DNA from: a bacterium | GTDB lineage: Bacteria > Bacteroidota > Ignavibacteria > Ignavibacteriales > Melioribacteraceae | Assembly: GCA_043808235.1 (NCBI GenBank) | Contig: JAZDFC010000039.1 | Coordinates: forward strand, 71,475-135,474 | DNA length: 64,000 nt | Direction of reading: 5' to 3' | In this document: positions 22,101 to 31,360 of the stretch, piece after piece | Position numbering within the stretch: position 1 is the first letter of the stretch | Layout of the letters: every line of letters starts with the position of its first letter | Notes under the pieces: model-generated | The model's database searches: none | The model's input: the letters and a program-made list of their open reading frames with translations, nothing else | What the model was told of the DNA's origin: nothing | Position numbers and translations under genes: made by a program

Positions 22101-25100
22101 TGATAATGTTAATTATTTATCGTCATGGGGTGGCGGAGGCGGAAATTCGCTTGAACGAATTCTTGTCGATGGATCGGGCAATGATTCTGGAAATTGGGGA
22201 ACATCAATTGCGCCGGAAGGGGCAACGCCGGGACTCGAAAATTCCTTAGTGCCGAACGATTATGATTTAGCTGTTTCCAGAATGTTTATTAATCCGGTTG
22301 TGCCGGCAATCGGAAGTGATGTAACTCTAACAACAGTTGTAAAAAACATAGGTCAGCTTGCAGCCGGAAATTACTCGGTTGAAATATTCAATGACGCAAA
22401 CGGCGATAATGTTGGACAATTATCCGAGAGGATTAACATTCAAAATTATCCTTCGCTTCCAATTGCCGATTCAAATTTAGTTATAACAATTATTCAGGGT
22501 GTTGTAACAGGAAGTTATTCGATTATAGCAGTAATAAATTATGCGCAGGATGAAAACACAGCTAACAATACGGGATTCCTGGATTTCAATGTTCCTCCCC
22601 CGCCAAATCAATTTGATGATATTGTTATTAACGAAATAATGTACGCTCCTTCAACCGGTGAACCGGAATGGATTGAGTTGTTTAATCGAACAGACGAACA
22701 GATAAATTTGAAAGGATGGAGGATTAATGATAATTCATCCTCGTCTGCAATTAGTACGGTTCCGGTGTTTTTACCAGCCCACGGTTATATTGTTATTGCA
22801 GACGAAGCTACCGTCTCAACTTTTTATAATATACCTTCCCAGGTAATTGTCGTAGATATTCCTTCACTAAATAATACCGGTGATGATATAAAACTTTTAG
22901 ATTCTTTGCTCACTGCGATAGATAGCGTTAATTATCTTTCGTCGTGGGGAGGCAATTCCGGCGGGAAATCGCTTGAACGAAAAGAGGTTAACAATCCAAG
23001 TAATGATTCCGAAAATTGGGGAAGCTGTGAAGCTCCGGAAAAAGCGACACCCGGCAAGGAAAATTCACTTACGCCGAAAAATTATGATCTTGCCGTGATT
23101 GGTATGGGCGCTTCTCCCGTCCCGATTTATGAAGGTCAAATTGTTTCCGTCGAAACTCTCGTTGAGAACAAAGGATTATCCGAAGTCGGAAGTTATTTTA
23201 TTCAGATATTTGACGATGCTAATGGCGACTTGACTGGTCAGATGAATGAAAGAATTGCTGTAAAAGAATTTCGAGATTTACCAAGCGGCGCCACTACGAG
23301 CACAATTATTAATGTTCAGGGATTGGCTTTAGGCACACACACAATCATTGGCAATGTTTATTTCGAAAACGATATGAACCACATAAACGATAACGACTAT
23401 TTAGAATTAACTGTTCTACCTAAACCAGAAAACTATAATGATGTGGTTATAAACGAAATAATGTATGATCCCAAAACGAATGAACCGGAGTGGATTGAAA
23501 TCTATAATAATTCCGGCGAGACGATAAATCTAAAAAACTGGCGCGTGCGCGATCTATCGTCGAGCGCTGTGATTTCAACCACTGATTATTTCTTCCTGCC
23601 GAACACTTTTCTTGTTCTTGCAGACAATATTGACGTAACTAATTTTTATACAATTCCTTCGGATGTGGTTGTTTTAAATCTTCCATCGCTTAATAATGAT
23701 GCGGATAATGTCATAATCCGAAATCCAGCCAACAGGGACATTGACAGTGTTGCTTACTTGGGTGCGTGGGGCGGCGGTAACGGTAAGTCTCTCGAACGAA
23801 TTTATATTAACGATAATAGCAACGATTCACAAAATTGGGGTACCGCAAAAAATGATTTGGGCGGTACGCCTGGAGCCGAAAATTCGGTTGTGCCAAAACA
23901 AAGGGATCTTGAAGTTAGCTATGCAAACTATTCGCCGTTATATCCAATCGAAGGCGACGATGTTAACATAAATATTATTGTAAAAAATATCGGATTGAAT
24001 AAAGCTCTTTATTACGTCGTAAAATTATTTCATGATACAAACAACGATGCAATCGGTCAGGTAGAAGAACAAATATTTTCCGGTGATTATTCCAATCTAA
24101 GCAGCGGTGATTCTATTTCAGTTCCGTTTAAAATGGAAAACCTTGCTGCGGGTGAAATTAAATTGATTGCTTCAGTTGTTTTTCAGGATGATGAAGCGGC
24201 GGGCAATAATAACTTTGCATTCGACTTCGATGTTTTTCCCAAACCCGAAGAATACAACAGCATTGTTATTAACGAAATAATGTACTCGCCCGACGGAGAC
24301 GAACCTGAGTGGATTGAAATTTATAACAGGAGTGAAAAAACTATTGACCTAAATGGATGGAAACTTGCCGATGCGACCACGAAATCTACGATGACTCAAA
24401 GTCCGTTTCCTATTCTGCCAGGACAATATGTTGTACTTGCCGATAACGAAACGATTACAAATTACTACCAGATTGATGCGCCGATTTTAATCTTTAATCT
24501 TCCGTCGCTCAACAACGGCGGAGATGATATCGCCTTGCTGGATTCATTCGAAAGAATAATTGACGAAGTTCCTTATAAGCCAAGTTGGGGAGGAGATGAT
24601 GGAATTTCGCTTGAAAGAATCTTATTCGATTTTCCGAGCGCCGACTCTTCGAACTGGGGAAGCTGCGTTGATATTAACGGCGCTACTCCCGGCAAAGTTA
24701 ATTCAATTATCCCCAAAGAATTTGATTTGGCTGTAACTGATTTTTACGCAACTCAGGAAATTGCAGTAGTTGGCAATGTTGTCCCATTCATTGCTATCGT
24801 AAAAAACAGCGGACAAAAAACTCTCAACAATTCCGTATTCAAAGTTTTCTATGATATTAATAAAGACGACATTGCGCAGAACGAGGAATTGATTTATACG
24901 CAGAATGTTGCCGAACTAAATGCAAATGCCGAAATTAATTTTGATTTTGATGTCGCTAATTACGGAATCGGAATTAACAAATATATAGCAGTAATCGAAA
25001 ATGTAAATGATGTTTACCTGCTGAATAATACCGCGTTCACTGAATTTACGGGTATCGAGAATCCCGGCGAACCTGCGGACTTGCTGGTAAACGAGTTTAT

Positions 25101-28026
25101 GTATGCACCGAAATCCGGCGAGCCGGAATGGATTGAAATTTTTTACAGAGGAAACGGAACAGTTAATAGATCAAGCAGTGCAATTGAATTGTCCGAATTG
25201 AAAATCGCTGACCGCACAAGCGTTTCAACATTATCATTTGATCCGATAACTCTTCAACCGGGCGAGTATTTTATAATTGCGAAAGACAGTTCCATTTTCG
25301 ATTTTTATCAAATCACAACACCGGTTGTTGTGTCGAGTTTTCCATCGCTTAATAATACAGGCGACAGAATTTTAATTCTTGATTTTATGGATCGCGAACT
25401 CGATTCGTTAAACTATCTGTCTTCGTGGGGCGGCAGTAATGGAAAATCATTGGAAAGAAAAAATGTTAATGGTCCCTCGGATGATGTGGCTAACTGGGCT
25501 GAAAGCACCAATCCTGCCGGTGCAACGCCTGGCAGCAAGAATTCTGTTTCTTCAAAAGATTATAATTTAACTGTGGAAGAAATTATTTTTGATCCGGCGT
25601 TCCCAAATCCAGGCGATAATGTTTCTGTTTCCGTAAAAATAAAAAACAACGGAGCGTTGGGCGCAACTACATTAATAAATATCTCGGAGGATATTAATCT
25701 TGATGGAATTGCAGAAACGCTTTTGGAAACATCGGGGAGTGTGACGATACAATCCGCTGAAACCTATATCCACAAATTCAATTACACAATTCCAGGCATA
25801 CAAATAGAGCATGGATATGCGATCGATATTCTTTTTGAAGCCGATGAGGATAAAAGTGATAATAAATTGTATGCTACTATTGCGCCCGGTAACGGAATAA
25901 GCGCTGTGGTAATAAACGAGATAATGTACGATCCGGAAAACGATGAGCCTGAGTGGATTGAATTATTTAATAATTCGGATAGAACAGTCAATCTAAAAAA
26001 TTGGACTGTAAGCGATCTGCTTTCAACACCAAGGAAGACTACAATTGTGAAAAGTAATTTGTATGTATCGCCTCATGGATATTTAGTTTTATCCGCCGAC
26101 AGCACGATTATGCAGCATCATCTTTCAATTCCTTCCGATGTAGTTGTTGTGAGTTTTGCGAGTTTAAATAATTCCGGCGATGGAGTAATCCTTATTGATG
26201 AAAAGAATTTAACAATTGATTCAGTTAGTTTTGTGACGGATTGGGGAGGTGAAAACGGTTTCTCGCTGGAAAGGAAAAATATCGCAGGATTATCTAACGA
26301 TCCCGCGAATTGGGGCAGCGCAACCGATCCGGAACGAAGCACTCCCGGCAGGATGAACAGTATATCGCCTAAGCAAAACGATCTTAGCATTCAATCAATA
26401 TCGGTTAATCCCGCTTATCCGGTTGTAGGCGATAATATTTTTGTTACAGTAGTTGTAAAAAATTCCGGGTTAATAACGGCAGCAGGATTTTCTTTAAAAA
26501 TATTTTACGAACCAACTCCCGGTATAGTAGAATTGTTGAGTGAATTTTCGAATGCTATTCTCGCTTCAGGTGAAAGTAAAATTTTTGTTACGGATAAGTC
26601 TTTTGTTTTGAATCAAGCGACTTTGATCTCGGCTCAAATCATCTTTGGTTTGGATGAAAACATTTCTAATAATTCGGCAGAGCTAAATGTCGTTCCCGGA
26701 TTTCCGAAGAATGCTGTTCTCATCAATGAGTTTATGTACGATCCGTTCGCGGGTGGTTCCGAATGGATAGAGTTTGTGAATAACACTGCAGGCGATATCA
26801 ACATTAAAGGCTGGTATGTAAGCGATTTGCTTTCGTCCCCGACGAAAAATGTTATTTGCACAAACGATGTAATTATTGGAGCTGGAAAATATTTTGTGGT
26901 TGCTTCGGATACGGGCGCGTTCAAAAAACATTTCCCACATGAAATTGTTTTGTTTGATGTAAACTTCGGAACTCTTGGCAACACATCTGATGGAATTATG
27001 ATTATCGATCCGCGTAATGCTGTTATTGATAGTCTGAAATATTCGGACGACTGGGGTGGTGGCGACGGGTATTCACTCGAGAGAATTTTTAGCGATGTGC
27101 TTTCTACCGATAGCACCAATTGGTATCCTTCGTTAAATATAAAGGGCGCCACACCCGGTGAAATCAACTCTGTTCAGGGTTTGTCCGATTATGATAATCT
27201 TGATGTAATTGTTAATGAAATAATGTTCGATCCCGACGGCTCAAATTCCGAGTTTGTTGAGTTTTACAACAAAACGGATAAATTTATTGAGATTGGCGGA
27301 TGGACAATTGAAGATGAAGCTGGAAATATTTATCCGCTTTCAAAATCAAAGATGGAGATTGCACCGCATCAGTATTTTGTGCTGGCGGCTGATTCTTCTC
27401 TACTGCTAAATTATGATTGGTTGGCTGAGAATAAAAATATTTCTTTCGTCAACGAATCGAGTCTCGGGCTTACAAATAGTGGAGAACAAATACTTGTGAG
27501 AGATTTCTGGGGAAATGTAATCGATTCGCTAAAGTATTCCGATGGCTGGCACAATAGAAATATTAATATTACAAAAAACCGTTCGCTTGAAAGAATCGCT
27601 CCACGATTGTTATCAACCGATCCGGCAAACTGGAGCAGCTGTGTTGATGGAAAAGGCGCGACTCCCGGAAAACAAAATTCTATTTATACGGATGTGCTTT
27701 TAAACAATGCCCGCATTTCAGTAAATCCAAATCCTTTTTCTCCTGATAACGACGGCTTCGAGGATTTTACAATTATCAGATACAACCTTACACAAAATAC
27801 TGCTCAAGTCAGACTCAAAGTGTTCGACAGCAGAGGACGGCTCGTTAGAACGGTTATGAACAACCAGGCAAGCGGCTCTTCCGGTTCAATTATTTTTGAT
27901 GGAAGGAGCGACGACGGTAATCCGCTGCGTATCGGAATCTACATTCTCTTCATCGAAGCGTTAAATTCATCGACCGGGGTTGTTGACACTATTAAAGAAG
28001 CGGTTGTAGTAGCGAGGAAGTTATAA
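19156..28026 (+). CDS. Giant secreted repeat protein: 11 lamin-tail-domain (LTD) units, mostly alternating with CARDB-like domains, and a C-terminal FlgD-Ig-like/gliding-type sorting domain. The true start is probably the internal Met at ~19213 (MKKVKLNSIF...)
   Basis: Signal peptide after MKKVK. EPEWIELYN-type LTD signature occurs 11 times (from ~19300, then 20158, 20977, 21796, 22615, 23437, 24256, 25078, 25900, 26710, ~27200) with an 819–822-bp period over most of the array. Interleaved DYDLA...N...G CARDB-like segments. C-terminal FSPDNDGFEDF...VFDSRGRLV tail. Confidence 0.8.
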   Translation: MDLNNCSILAGMLNIHLTKMKKVKLNSIFILFILSLSSIASYGQTGLPLTLSEIMFNSPASSSNSEFVEIYNTSTTETIDLAGYKIKYSTNTPEVITNAGFGTSLAPGKFAVVFENDYDLAAGVYAGTIPADALILKITDNAFGSSGMANTTDRNVQLLNTTDQLLDEYTYTTSGNGAGVSDEKILLNKDNSVTNWANTTVTNGTPGANNSESPKIYDLSVSTITHSPLTPFAGDDVDVTAKIKNVGTAAAANYTVNFYNDQNDDGAGQAGELFDTQSLTNLAASDSASLTATLANVANGIYKIIITVDFALDENLTNNKGTHNFAVAPAPNQPNDIIINEMMHTPGGDEPEWIELYNRTNAPINLKNWKITDNTTTTTISTVPLWIPANDFIVLSDNATITNYYTIPVQVVVVNLPSLNNAGDNITLKDSLDQSIENVTYLSSWGGSNGNSLERKLVDGLSNDPANWGTCTAPEGGTPGLENSIVPKDYDLAITSLTINPTNPAAGSDVVLTTKVKNIGQLDAGNYSVEIFNDANGDNIGQPGERIDIQNFTSLAVNDSNLVATNINDVTTGTYSIISQVNFAQDEDLSNNISFIDFYVSPPPNQYNDIVINEIMYGPAGDEPEWIELYNRTGSPINLKNWKVTDGTTTTTISSAVLWIPANDFIVLSEDASISNFYTIPVQVISINLPSLNNTGDNLSLKDSLDQVIDNVNYLSAWGGSGGNSLERISVDDASNDPGNWGTSIALESATPGLENSLVPNDYDLAISRMSINPAIPLNGSDVALSTVIKNLGELAAGNYSVEIFNDTNDDNVGQLSERIDVQNFSSLAVADSNVVTTIIQDVVTGTYSIIAVINYAQDEYLANNTAFFDFNVPPNPNQYNDIVINEIMYGPTGDEPEWIELYNRTAAPINLKGWEITDGTTTTTISSAPLWIPANDFIVLSDDASISNFYTIPVQVVAINLPSLNNTNDNISLKDSLDQVIDNVNYLSSWGGGGGNSLERILVDGSGNDSGNWGTSIAPEGATPGLENSLVPNDYDLAVSRMFINPVVPAIGSDVTLTTVVKNIGQLAAGNYSVEIFNDANGDNVGQLSERINIQNYPSLPIADSNLVITIIQGVVTGSYSIIAVINYAQDENTANNTGFLDFNVPPPPNQFDDIVINEIMYAPSTGEPEWIELFNRTDEQINLKGWRINDNSSSSAISTVPVFLPAHGYIVIADEATVSTFYNIPSQVIVVDIPSLNNTGDDIKLLDSLLTAIDSVNYLSSWGGNSGGKSLERKEVNNPSNDSENWGSCEAPEKATPGKENSLTPKNYDLAVIGMGASPVPIYEGQIVSVETLVENKGLSEVGSYFIQIFDDANGDLTGQMNERIAVKEFRDLPSGATTSTIINVQGLALGTHTIIGNVYFENDMNHINDNDYLELTVLPKPENYNDVVINEIMYDPKTNEPEWIEIYNNSGETINLKNWRVRDLSSSAVISTTDYFFLPNTFLVLADNIDVTNFYTIPSDVVVLNLPSLNNDADNVIIRNPANRDIDSVAYLGAWGGGNGKSLERIYINDNSNDSQNWGTAKNDLGGTPGAENSVVPKQRDLEVSYANYSPLYPIEGDDVNINIIVKNIGLNKALYYVVKLFHDTNNDAIGQVEEQIFSGDYSNLSSGDSISVPFKMENLAAGEIKLIASVVFQDDEAAGNNNFAFDFDVFPKPEEYNSIVINEIMYSPDGDEPEWIEIYNRSEKTIDLNGWKLADATTKSTMTQSPFPILPGQYVVLADNETITNYYQIDAPILIFNLPSLNNGGDDIALLDSFERIIDEVPYKPSWGGDDGISLERILFDFPSADSSNWGSCVDINGATPGKVNSIIPKEFDLAVTDFYATQEIAVVGNVVPFIAIVKNSGQKTLNNSVFKVFYDINKDDIAQNEELIYTQNVAELNANAEINFDFDVANYGIGINKYIAVIENVNDVYLLNNTAFTEFTGIENPGEPADLLVNEFMYAPKSGEPEWIEIFYRGNGTVNRSSSAIELSELKIADRTSVSTLSFDPITLQPGEYFIIAKDSSIFDFYQITTPVVVSSFPSLNNTGDRILILDFMDRELDSLNYLSSWGGSNGKSLERKNVNGPSDDVANWAESTNPAGATPGSKNSVSSKDYNLTVEEIIFDPAFPNPGDNVSVSVKIKNNGALGATTLINISEDINLDGIAETLLETSGSVTIQSAETYIHKFNYTIPGIQIEHGYAIDILFEADEDKSDNKLYATIAPGNGISAVVINEIMYDPENDEPEWIELFNNSDRTVNLKNWTVSDLLSTPRKTTIVKSNLYVSPHGYLVLSADSTIMQHHLSIPSDVVVVSFASLNNSGDGVILIDEKNLTIDSVSFVTDWGGENGFSLERKNIAGLSNDPANWGSATDPERSTPGRMNSISPKQNDLSIQSISVNPAYPVVGDNIFVTVVVKNSGLITAAGFSLKIFYEPTPGIVELLSEFSNAILASGESKIFVTDKSFVLNQATLISAQIIFGLDENISNNSAELNVVPGFPKNAVLINEFMYDPFAGGSEWIEFVNNTAGDINIKGWYVSDLLSSPTKNVICTNDVIIGAGKYFVVASDTGAFKKHFPHEIVLFDVNFGTLGNTSDGIMIIDPRNAVIDSLKYSDDWGGGDGYSLERIFSDVLSTDSTNWYPSLNIKGATPGEINSVQGLSDYDNLDVIVNEIMFDPDGSNSEFVEFYNKTDKFIEIGGWTIEDEAGNIYPLSKSKMEIAPHQYFVLAADSSLLLNYDWLAENKNISFVNESSLGLTNSGEQILVRDFWGNVIDSLKYSDGWHNRNINITKNRSLERIAPRLLSTDPANWSSCVDGKGATPGKQNSIYTDVLLNNARISVNPNPFSPDNDGFEDFTIIRYNLTQNTAQVRLKVFDSRGRLVRTVMNNQASGSSGSIIFDGRSDDGNPLRIGIYILFIEALNSSTGVVDTIKEAVVVARKL
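20158..26710 (+). repeat. Intragenic tandem repeat array (~8 units of ~819–822 bp; units 2–4 near-identical at nucleotide level)
   Basis: Repeated nucleotide blocks, e.g. aacgatat(t/a)gtaatcaacgaaataatgtacgg...gaaccggaatggattgaattatacaa recurring at 819-bp spacing. Confidence 0.85.
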
Positions 28027-28039
28027 AGCTTATTTAGTA

Positions 28040-28072
28040 AACAGCCCAACCTTTCAAAAAAGTTGGGCTGTT
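28040..28072. terminator. Hairpin between the convergent giant gene and tonB-like gene
   Basis: 11-bp perfect stem aacagcccaac / gttgggctgtt with an 11-nt A-rich loop. Confidence 0.5.
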
Positions 28073-28165
28073 TGAGACAACAACAATTTATCCATTCATC
28101 AGTTAATCAATTTTCCCTTTACCTCATTCATTCGAATCGCTCATTTTCAAAACGCGGAATATTCA

Positions 28166-28984
28166 TCAACTTAATTTGAATATAAAAGGAACCACCATTT
28201 TTACACGAACGTTTTTTCCGTTCTGGCTTCCGGGTATCCATCTGCCGGCGGCTTGAATTACCCGAATAGCCTCTTCATCGCAGCCTGCACCAATTCCTTT
28301 CATAATGATTATGTTCGAAATACTGCCGTCCTTCTCAATTACGAATTGCACCATCACTTTTCCCTGTACGTTTGCTCGTCGAGCAATTTCGGGATACCGC
28401 ACCGTATTTCCGATGAATTGATAAAGAGCTTCAGCCCCACCGGGATATACCGGCATAAACTCCGACCAACTGTGAATGACTTCTTCAACGTGAGTATCGT
28501 TTACAACGGGATCGGTTACTGTTGCGATTGGAATAATCTCGGTAGCGTTCTGATCCCCTTCCTTCGTTACAGTACTTATTGTTTTGCCAATCATATCATC
28601 CGTTGTAGGAATCGAAGAATCGTCGGCAGCATTTCCATCGGGCACGACGTCGGGAGCGACAAATCTAATTGAAGGTTTTACGCCGGTATTAGCTTGTGTC
28701 ACAGGAAATTGCGTCTTTGGCTTTTCTATTGATACTTCACCCAAATTAATTTCTCGTCCGGCTGGAATTGTAATCTCTTTTATTATTTCGGGCACATCTT
28801 TTTTTAATATAGACGGCAACATTAAAGTTGCAACGAAAAGTAACACTGAAATAAAAAGCGCTTCCGTCATGTGTTGATTATACGATTTTCTCAGAGTGTA
28901 TGCCCCGTATTCCTTGTTCCGGTTTAGAAACACTAATTCCGGGATACTTCTGAAATTCGTCGGGTTATTTTGTAAAGCTTTCAT
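28166..28984 (-). CDS. TonB family energy transducer
   Basis: N-terminal TM, Pro/Thr-rich linker, C-terminal TonB domain (...VYPGGAEALYQFIGNTVRYPEIARRANVQGKVMVQFVI...). Confidence 0.8.
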   Translation of the reverse strand: MKALQNNPTNFRSIPELVFLNRNKEYGAYTLRKSYNQHMTEALFISVLLFVATLMLPSILKKDVPEIIKEITIPAGREINLGEVSIEKPKTQFPVTQANTGVKPSIRFVAPDVVPDGNAADDSSIPTTDDMIGKTISTVTKEGDQNATEIIPIATVTDPVVNDTHVEEVIHSWSEFMPVYPGGAEALYQFIGNTVRYPEIARRANVQGKVMVQFVIEKDGSISNIIIMKGIGAGCDEEAIRVIQAAGRWIPGSQNGKNVRVKMVVPFIFKLS

Positions 28985-29187
28985 TGTAACCTCCGGTTTG
29001 TTAATGTTTGCTTTGTGCTCAGTTAATTATACACTTTGAAAATTGAAAAGGAAATCACATGAATGTGCTGTTTTAAAGAAATTATTTTTTATTATATGGC
29101 ATGAACATGCGCTATGTAAGGATATAATAGAGAGGTTTTAAACTAATGACTGATTACTGTTAACTTGTACGTAGCTTTATGCTTGCA

Positions 29188-29775
29188 TCAATATCCGATT
29201 CTTGCACACAACCCGGAATCATTTACATAGGCATTATGCGGTGCGCGCAGTAACTTGCAGCTTACCCAAAAGTCGCCGAGGCTGCCCGCCGCATTTAATG
29301 TAATCGCCATAAATATTGGGGCGTGCAAAAATAGCGGAACAACCATCATCAAAATAAATCCGACAACTGTCATCATCACAAACGGACTTAAGCTGATGAT
29401 GTAAAACAAATTTTTTTTGATATACCAGTCCGGTGCGCCGGCGTAACCGTAAACAATCTTGAATCCGATCTTCGGTTTCGAACCGGTGAATGCATATAAA
29501 AAAAATCCGTGAATAGCTTCGTGCAAAAAGAGATTAAAGAGAATTATGAAAAGGAAATAGATAGAATTTTTGCCCGAGAGAGCTTCGAAGTAATAGAAAA
29601 TACTTTTTCCCGGGCTCATGTTCAGTAAAGCGGCCAAATAATAAAACGCGATATAGAAAAGAAAAAACAGCGGCACACTTGCAACATTAATAATAATGCT
29701 GAGTTTGTGATTCTTCTCGAAGTCGATCTCTTCGAAGATTTCAAACGTAGCTTCTGATATTTTAATTGAGTTCAA
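29188..29775 (-). CDS. DUF3267-like polytopic membrane protein with HExxH (putative membrane zincin)
   Basis: Multiple hydrophobic helices; LHEAIHGFFLY HExxH motif lying at a helix boundary. Confidence 0.55.
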   Translation of the reverse strand: MNSIKISEATFEIFEEIDFEKNHKLSIIINVASVPLFFLFYIAFYYLAALLNMSPGKSIFYYFEALSGKNSIYFLFIILFNLFLHEAIHGFFLYAFTGSKPKIGFKIVYGYAGAPDWYIKKNLFYIISLSPFVMMTVVGFILMMVVPLFLHAPIFMAITLNAAGSLGDFWVSCKLLRAPHNAYVNDSGLCARIGY

Positions 29776-29787
29776 TTCGCTATTCTA

Positions 29788-30504
29788 TCAATTTGTGGAA
29801 GTGTTTATTTTCTCAACAGCATCGGCGAGCAAAGGTAAGGCATCAAACCATTCCTCGGCAATATCAAAAGTGACATCATAATAAGGATGCGAGTAGAGCC
29901 ATAATTTGCCGGGCTGCAGATAAAGCTCCCGCTTCCCCTTTTCCTTCCACCCGGTAATTAATTTACTAACCATATTCCTGTTTTCCGGCTTCGCAAAAAA
30001 TTTCCGCGCCCATTCAATGTTCTCACAATAGATTTGAAGGTAATTTAATTCCGGGTAGTCAGTTTCAACCTTTGGACAATCGACACAATCTTTAAGTGGT
30101 TTTTGCTCGCTAACTGCCATCCTGATTTTTGTGTTTATAGATAAGTAAACATTCAGCAGCGGGTCGGCGCGTCGGCGCCACGGTGTATAATACACATCAA
30201 TCTTTCTCCCGTTCATGTTTCCGAAATAATGTTTACCGTACACGGGGTAATCTTCGGAGTTAAGTCCCCATTTTAAACAAAGAGGATCGAAAACCGAACC
30301 GATCTGTTTGTAGTGTTTTGTTAAATAACGAAGAATATAAATTAAAAACATAACTCCCGTGCATCCGACTACCAACCAGGTTAATAAATTCCTTTCATAT
30401 GAAAATCTTTCAGGGAATGGATCGGGCAACGGGGCTGCGAACAGAATCAGCCCGAGGATGAATATTGCCAGCATAGGAAAAAATATTCGAATAAATAATT
30501 TCAT
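29788..30504 (-). CDS. Hypothetical 2-TM membrane protein, tandem paralog B
   Basis: Two N-terminal TM helices plus a ~170-aa soluble domain with DCxDCPK and HSHPY motifs; roughly half the residues are identical to the adjacent paralog. Confidence 0.6.
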   Translation of the reverse strand: MKLFIRIFFPMLAIFILGLILFAAPLPDPFPERFSYERNLLTWLVVGCTGVMFLIYILRYLTKHYKQIGSVFDPLCLKWGLNSEDYPVYGKHYFGNMNGRKIDVYYTPWRRRADPLLNVYLSINTKIRMAVSEQKPLKDCVDCPKVETDYPELNYLQIYCENIEWARKFFAKPENRNMVSKLITGWKEKGKRELYLQPGKLWLYSHPYYDVTFDIAEEWFDALPLLADAVEKINTSTN

Positions 30505-30517
30505 TTTCGGAAAAATT

Positions 30518-31234
30518 TCATTTCAATGTTTTATCTATTTTCTCAACAGCATCAGCAAGAACCGGCAGAGCATCAAACCATTGTTCGATATCGTTGTATG
30601 TAACTTTGAAATAAGGATGCGAATGCAACCAGATTTTACCGGGTTGCAAATAAAGCTCGCGCAAACCAATCTCTTTCCAACCGGAGATTAGTCGGTTGAT
30701 CAAAGTTCGATTATCGGGGTTGTCAAAAAACTTTTGCACCCAAACAGAATCCCCGCTAAAAATTTGCAGATGATCCAATTCCGGGTAACCGGGTTCAATT
30801 TTGGGGCAATCGGAACAGTCCATTAAAGGTTTTTTCTCACCGACAGCTAATCTAACATTCGAAGTTGTATTTAAGTAAATATTCATCAATGGCACGGCAA
30901 GTTTGCGGGCAGGTGTATAATATACATCAATCTTTCGCCCGCTAAATACCCCGCTGTAATGCTTACCGTAAACCTGATAATTTTCGGAGGTCATTCCTTT
31001 TTTCAAGCAGACGGGATCTAATACGGCGCCTTGCCGCATGAAAGCTTTGCTCACATATCGAGCAATATAGACAAGGTAAAATAATCCGCACACGCCTATG
31101 GTTATTGCGGCAAGCAGGTTTCTGCCTCTACTCAATCTTTCCGGGAAGATGTCGGGAAGCGGAATCGATATTAGCAGAAGTGCAAGAATGAACACGCCCA
31201 ATATGGGTAAAAAGATTCTAATTATTAATTTCAT
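30518..31234 (-). CDS. Hypothetical 2-TM membrane protein, tandem paralog A
   Basis: Same architecture and conserved motifs as 29788..30504; 13-bp spacing; similar at nucleotide level. Confidence 0.6.
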   Translation of the reverse strand: MKLIIRIFLPILGVFILALLLISIPLPDIFPERLSRGRNLLAAITIGVCGLFYLVYIARYVSKAFMRQGAVLDPVCLKKGMTSENYQVYGKHYSGVFSGRKIDVYYTPARKLAVPLMNIYLNTTSNVRLAVGEKKPLMDCSDCPKIEPGYPELDHLQIFSGDSVWVQKFFDNPDNRTLINRLISGWKEIGLRELYLQPGKIWLHSHPYFKVTYNDIEQWFDALPVLADAVEKIDKTLK

Positions 31235-31360
31235 TCATTTACTCCTTACAAAGTATCCGCCGCTTCCAAACAGCAAGTTAAATTCAAGAATATAAATTTA
31301 TTACTTGAGATCGATTCACTGCCTTTTCAATACAGTTACTTTTTTACTGCGAACTTCTTT

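Noticed and set aside
20158-26710. Possible CRISPR-like periodic repeats
   Set aside because: The periodicity is 819 bp and entirely protein-coding (LTD/CARDB units) inside one long ORF. There are no short direct repeats with unique spacers anywhere in the window.
21215-27167. Multiple antisense ORFs (63–177 aa) inside the giant repeat gene
   Set aside because: These are shadow ORFs within a strongly supported 2956-aa coding frame, and they are repeat-derived.
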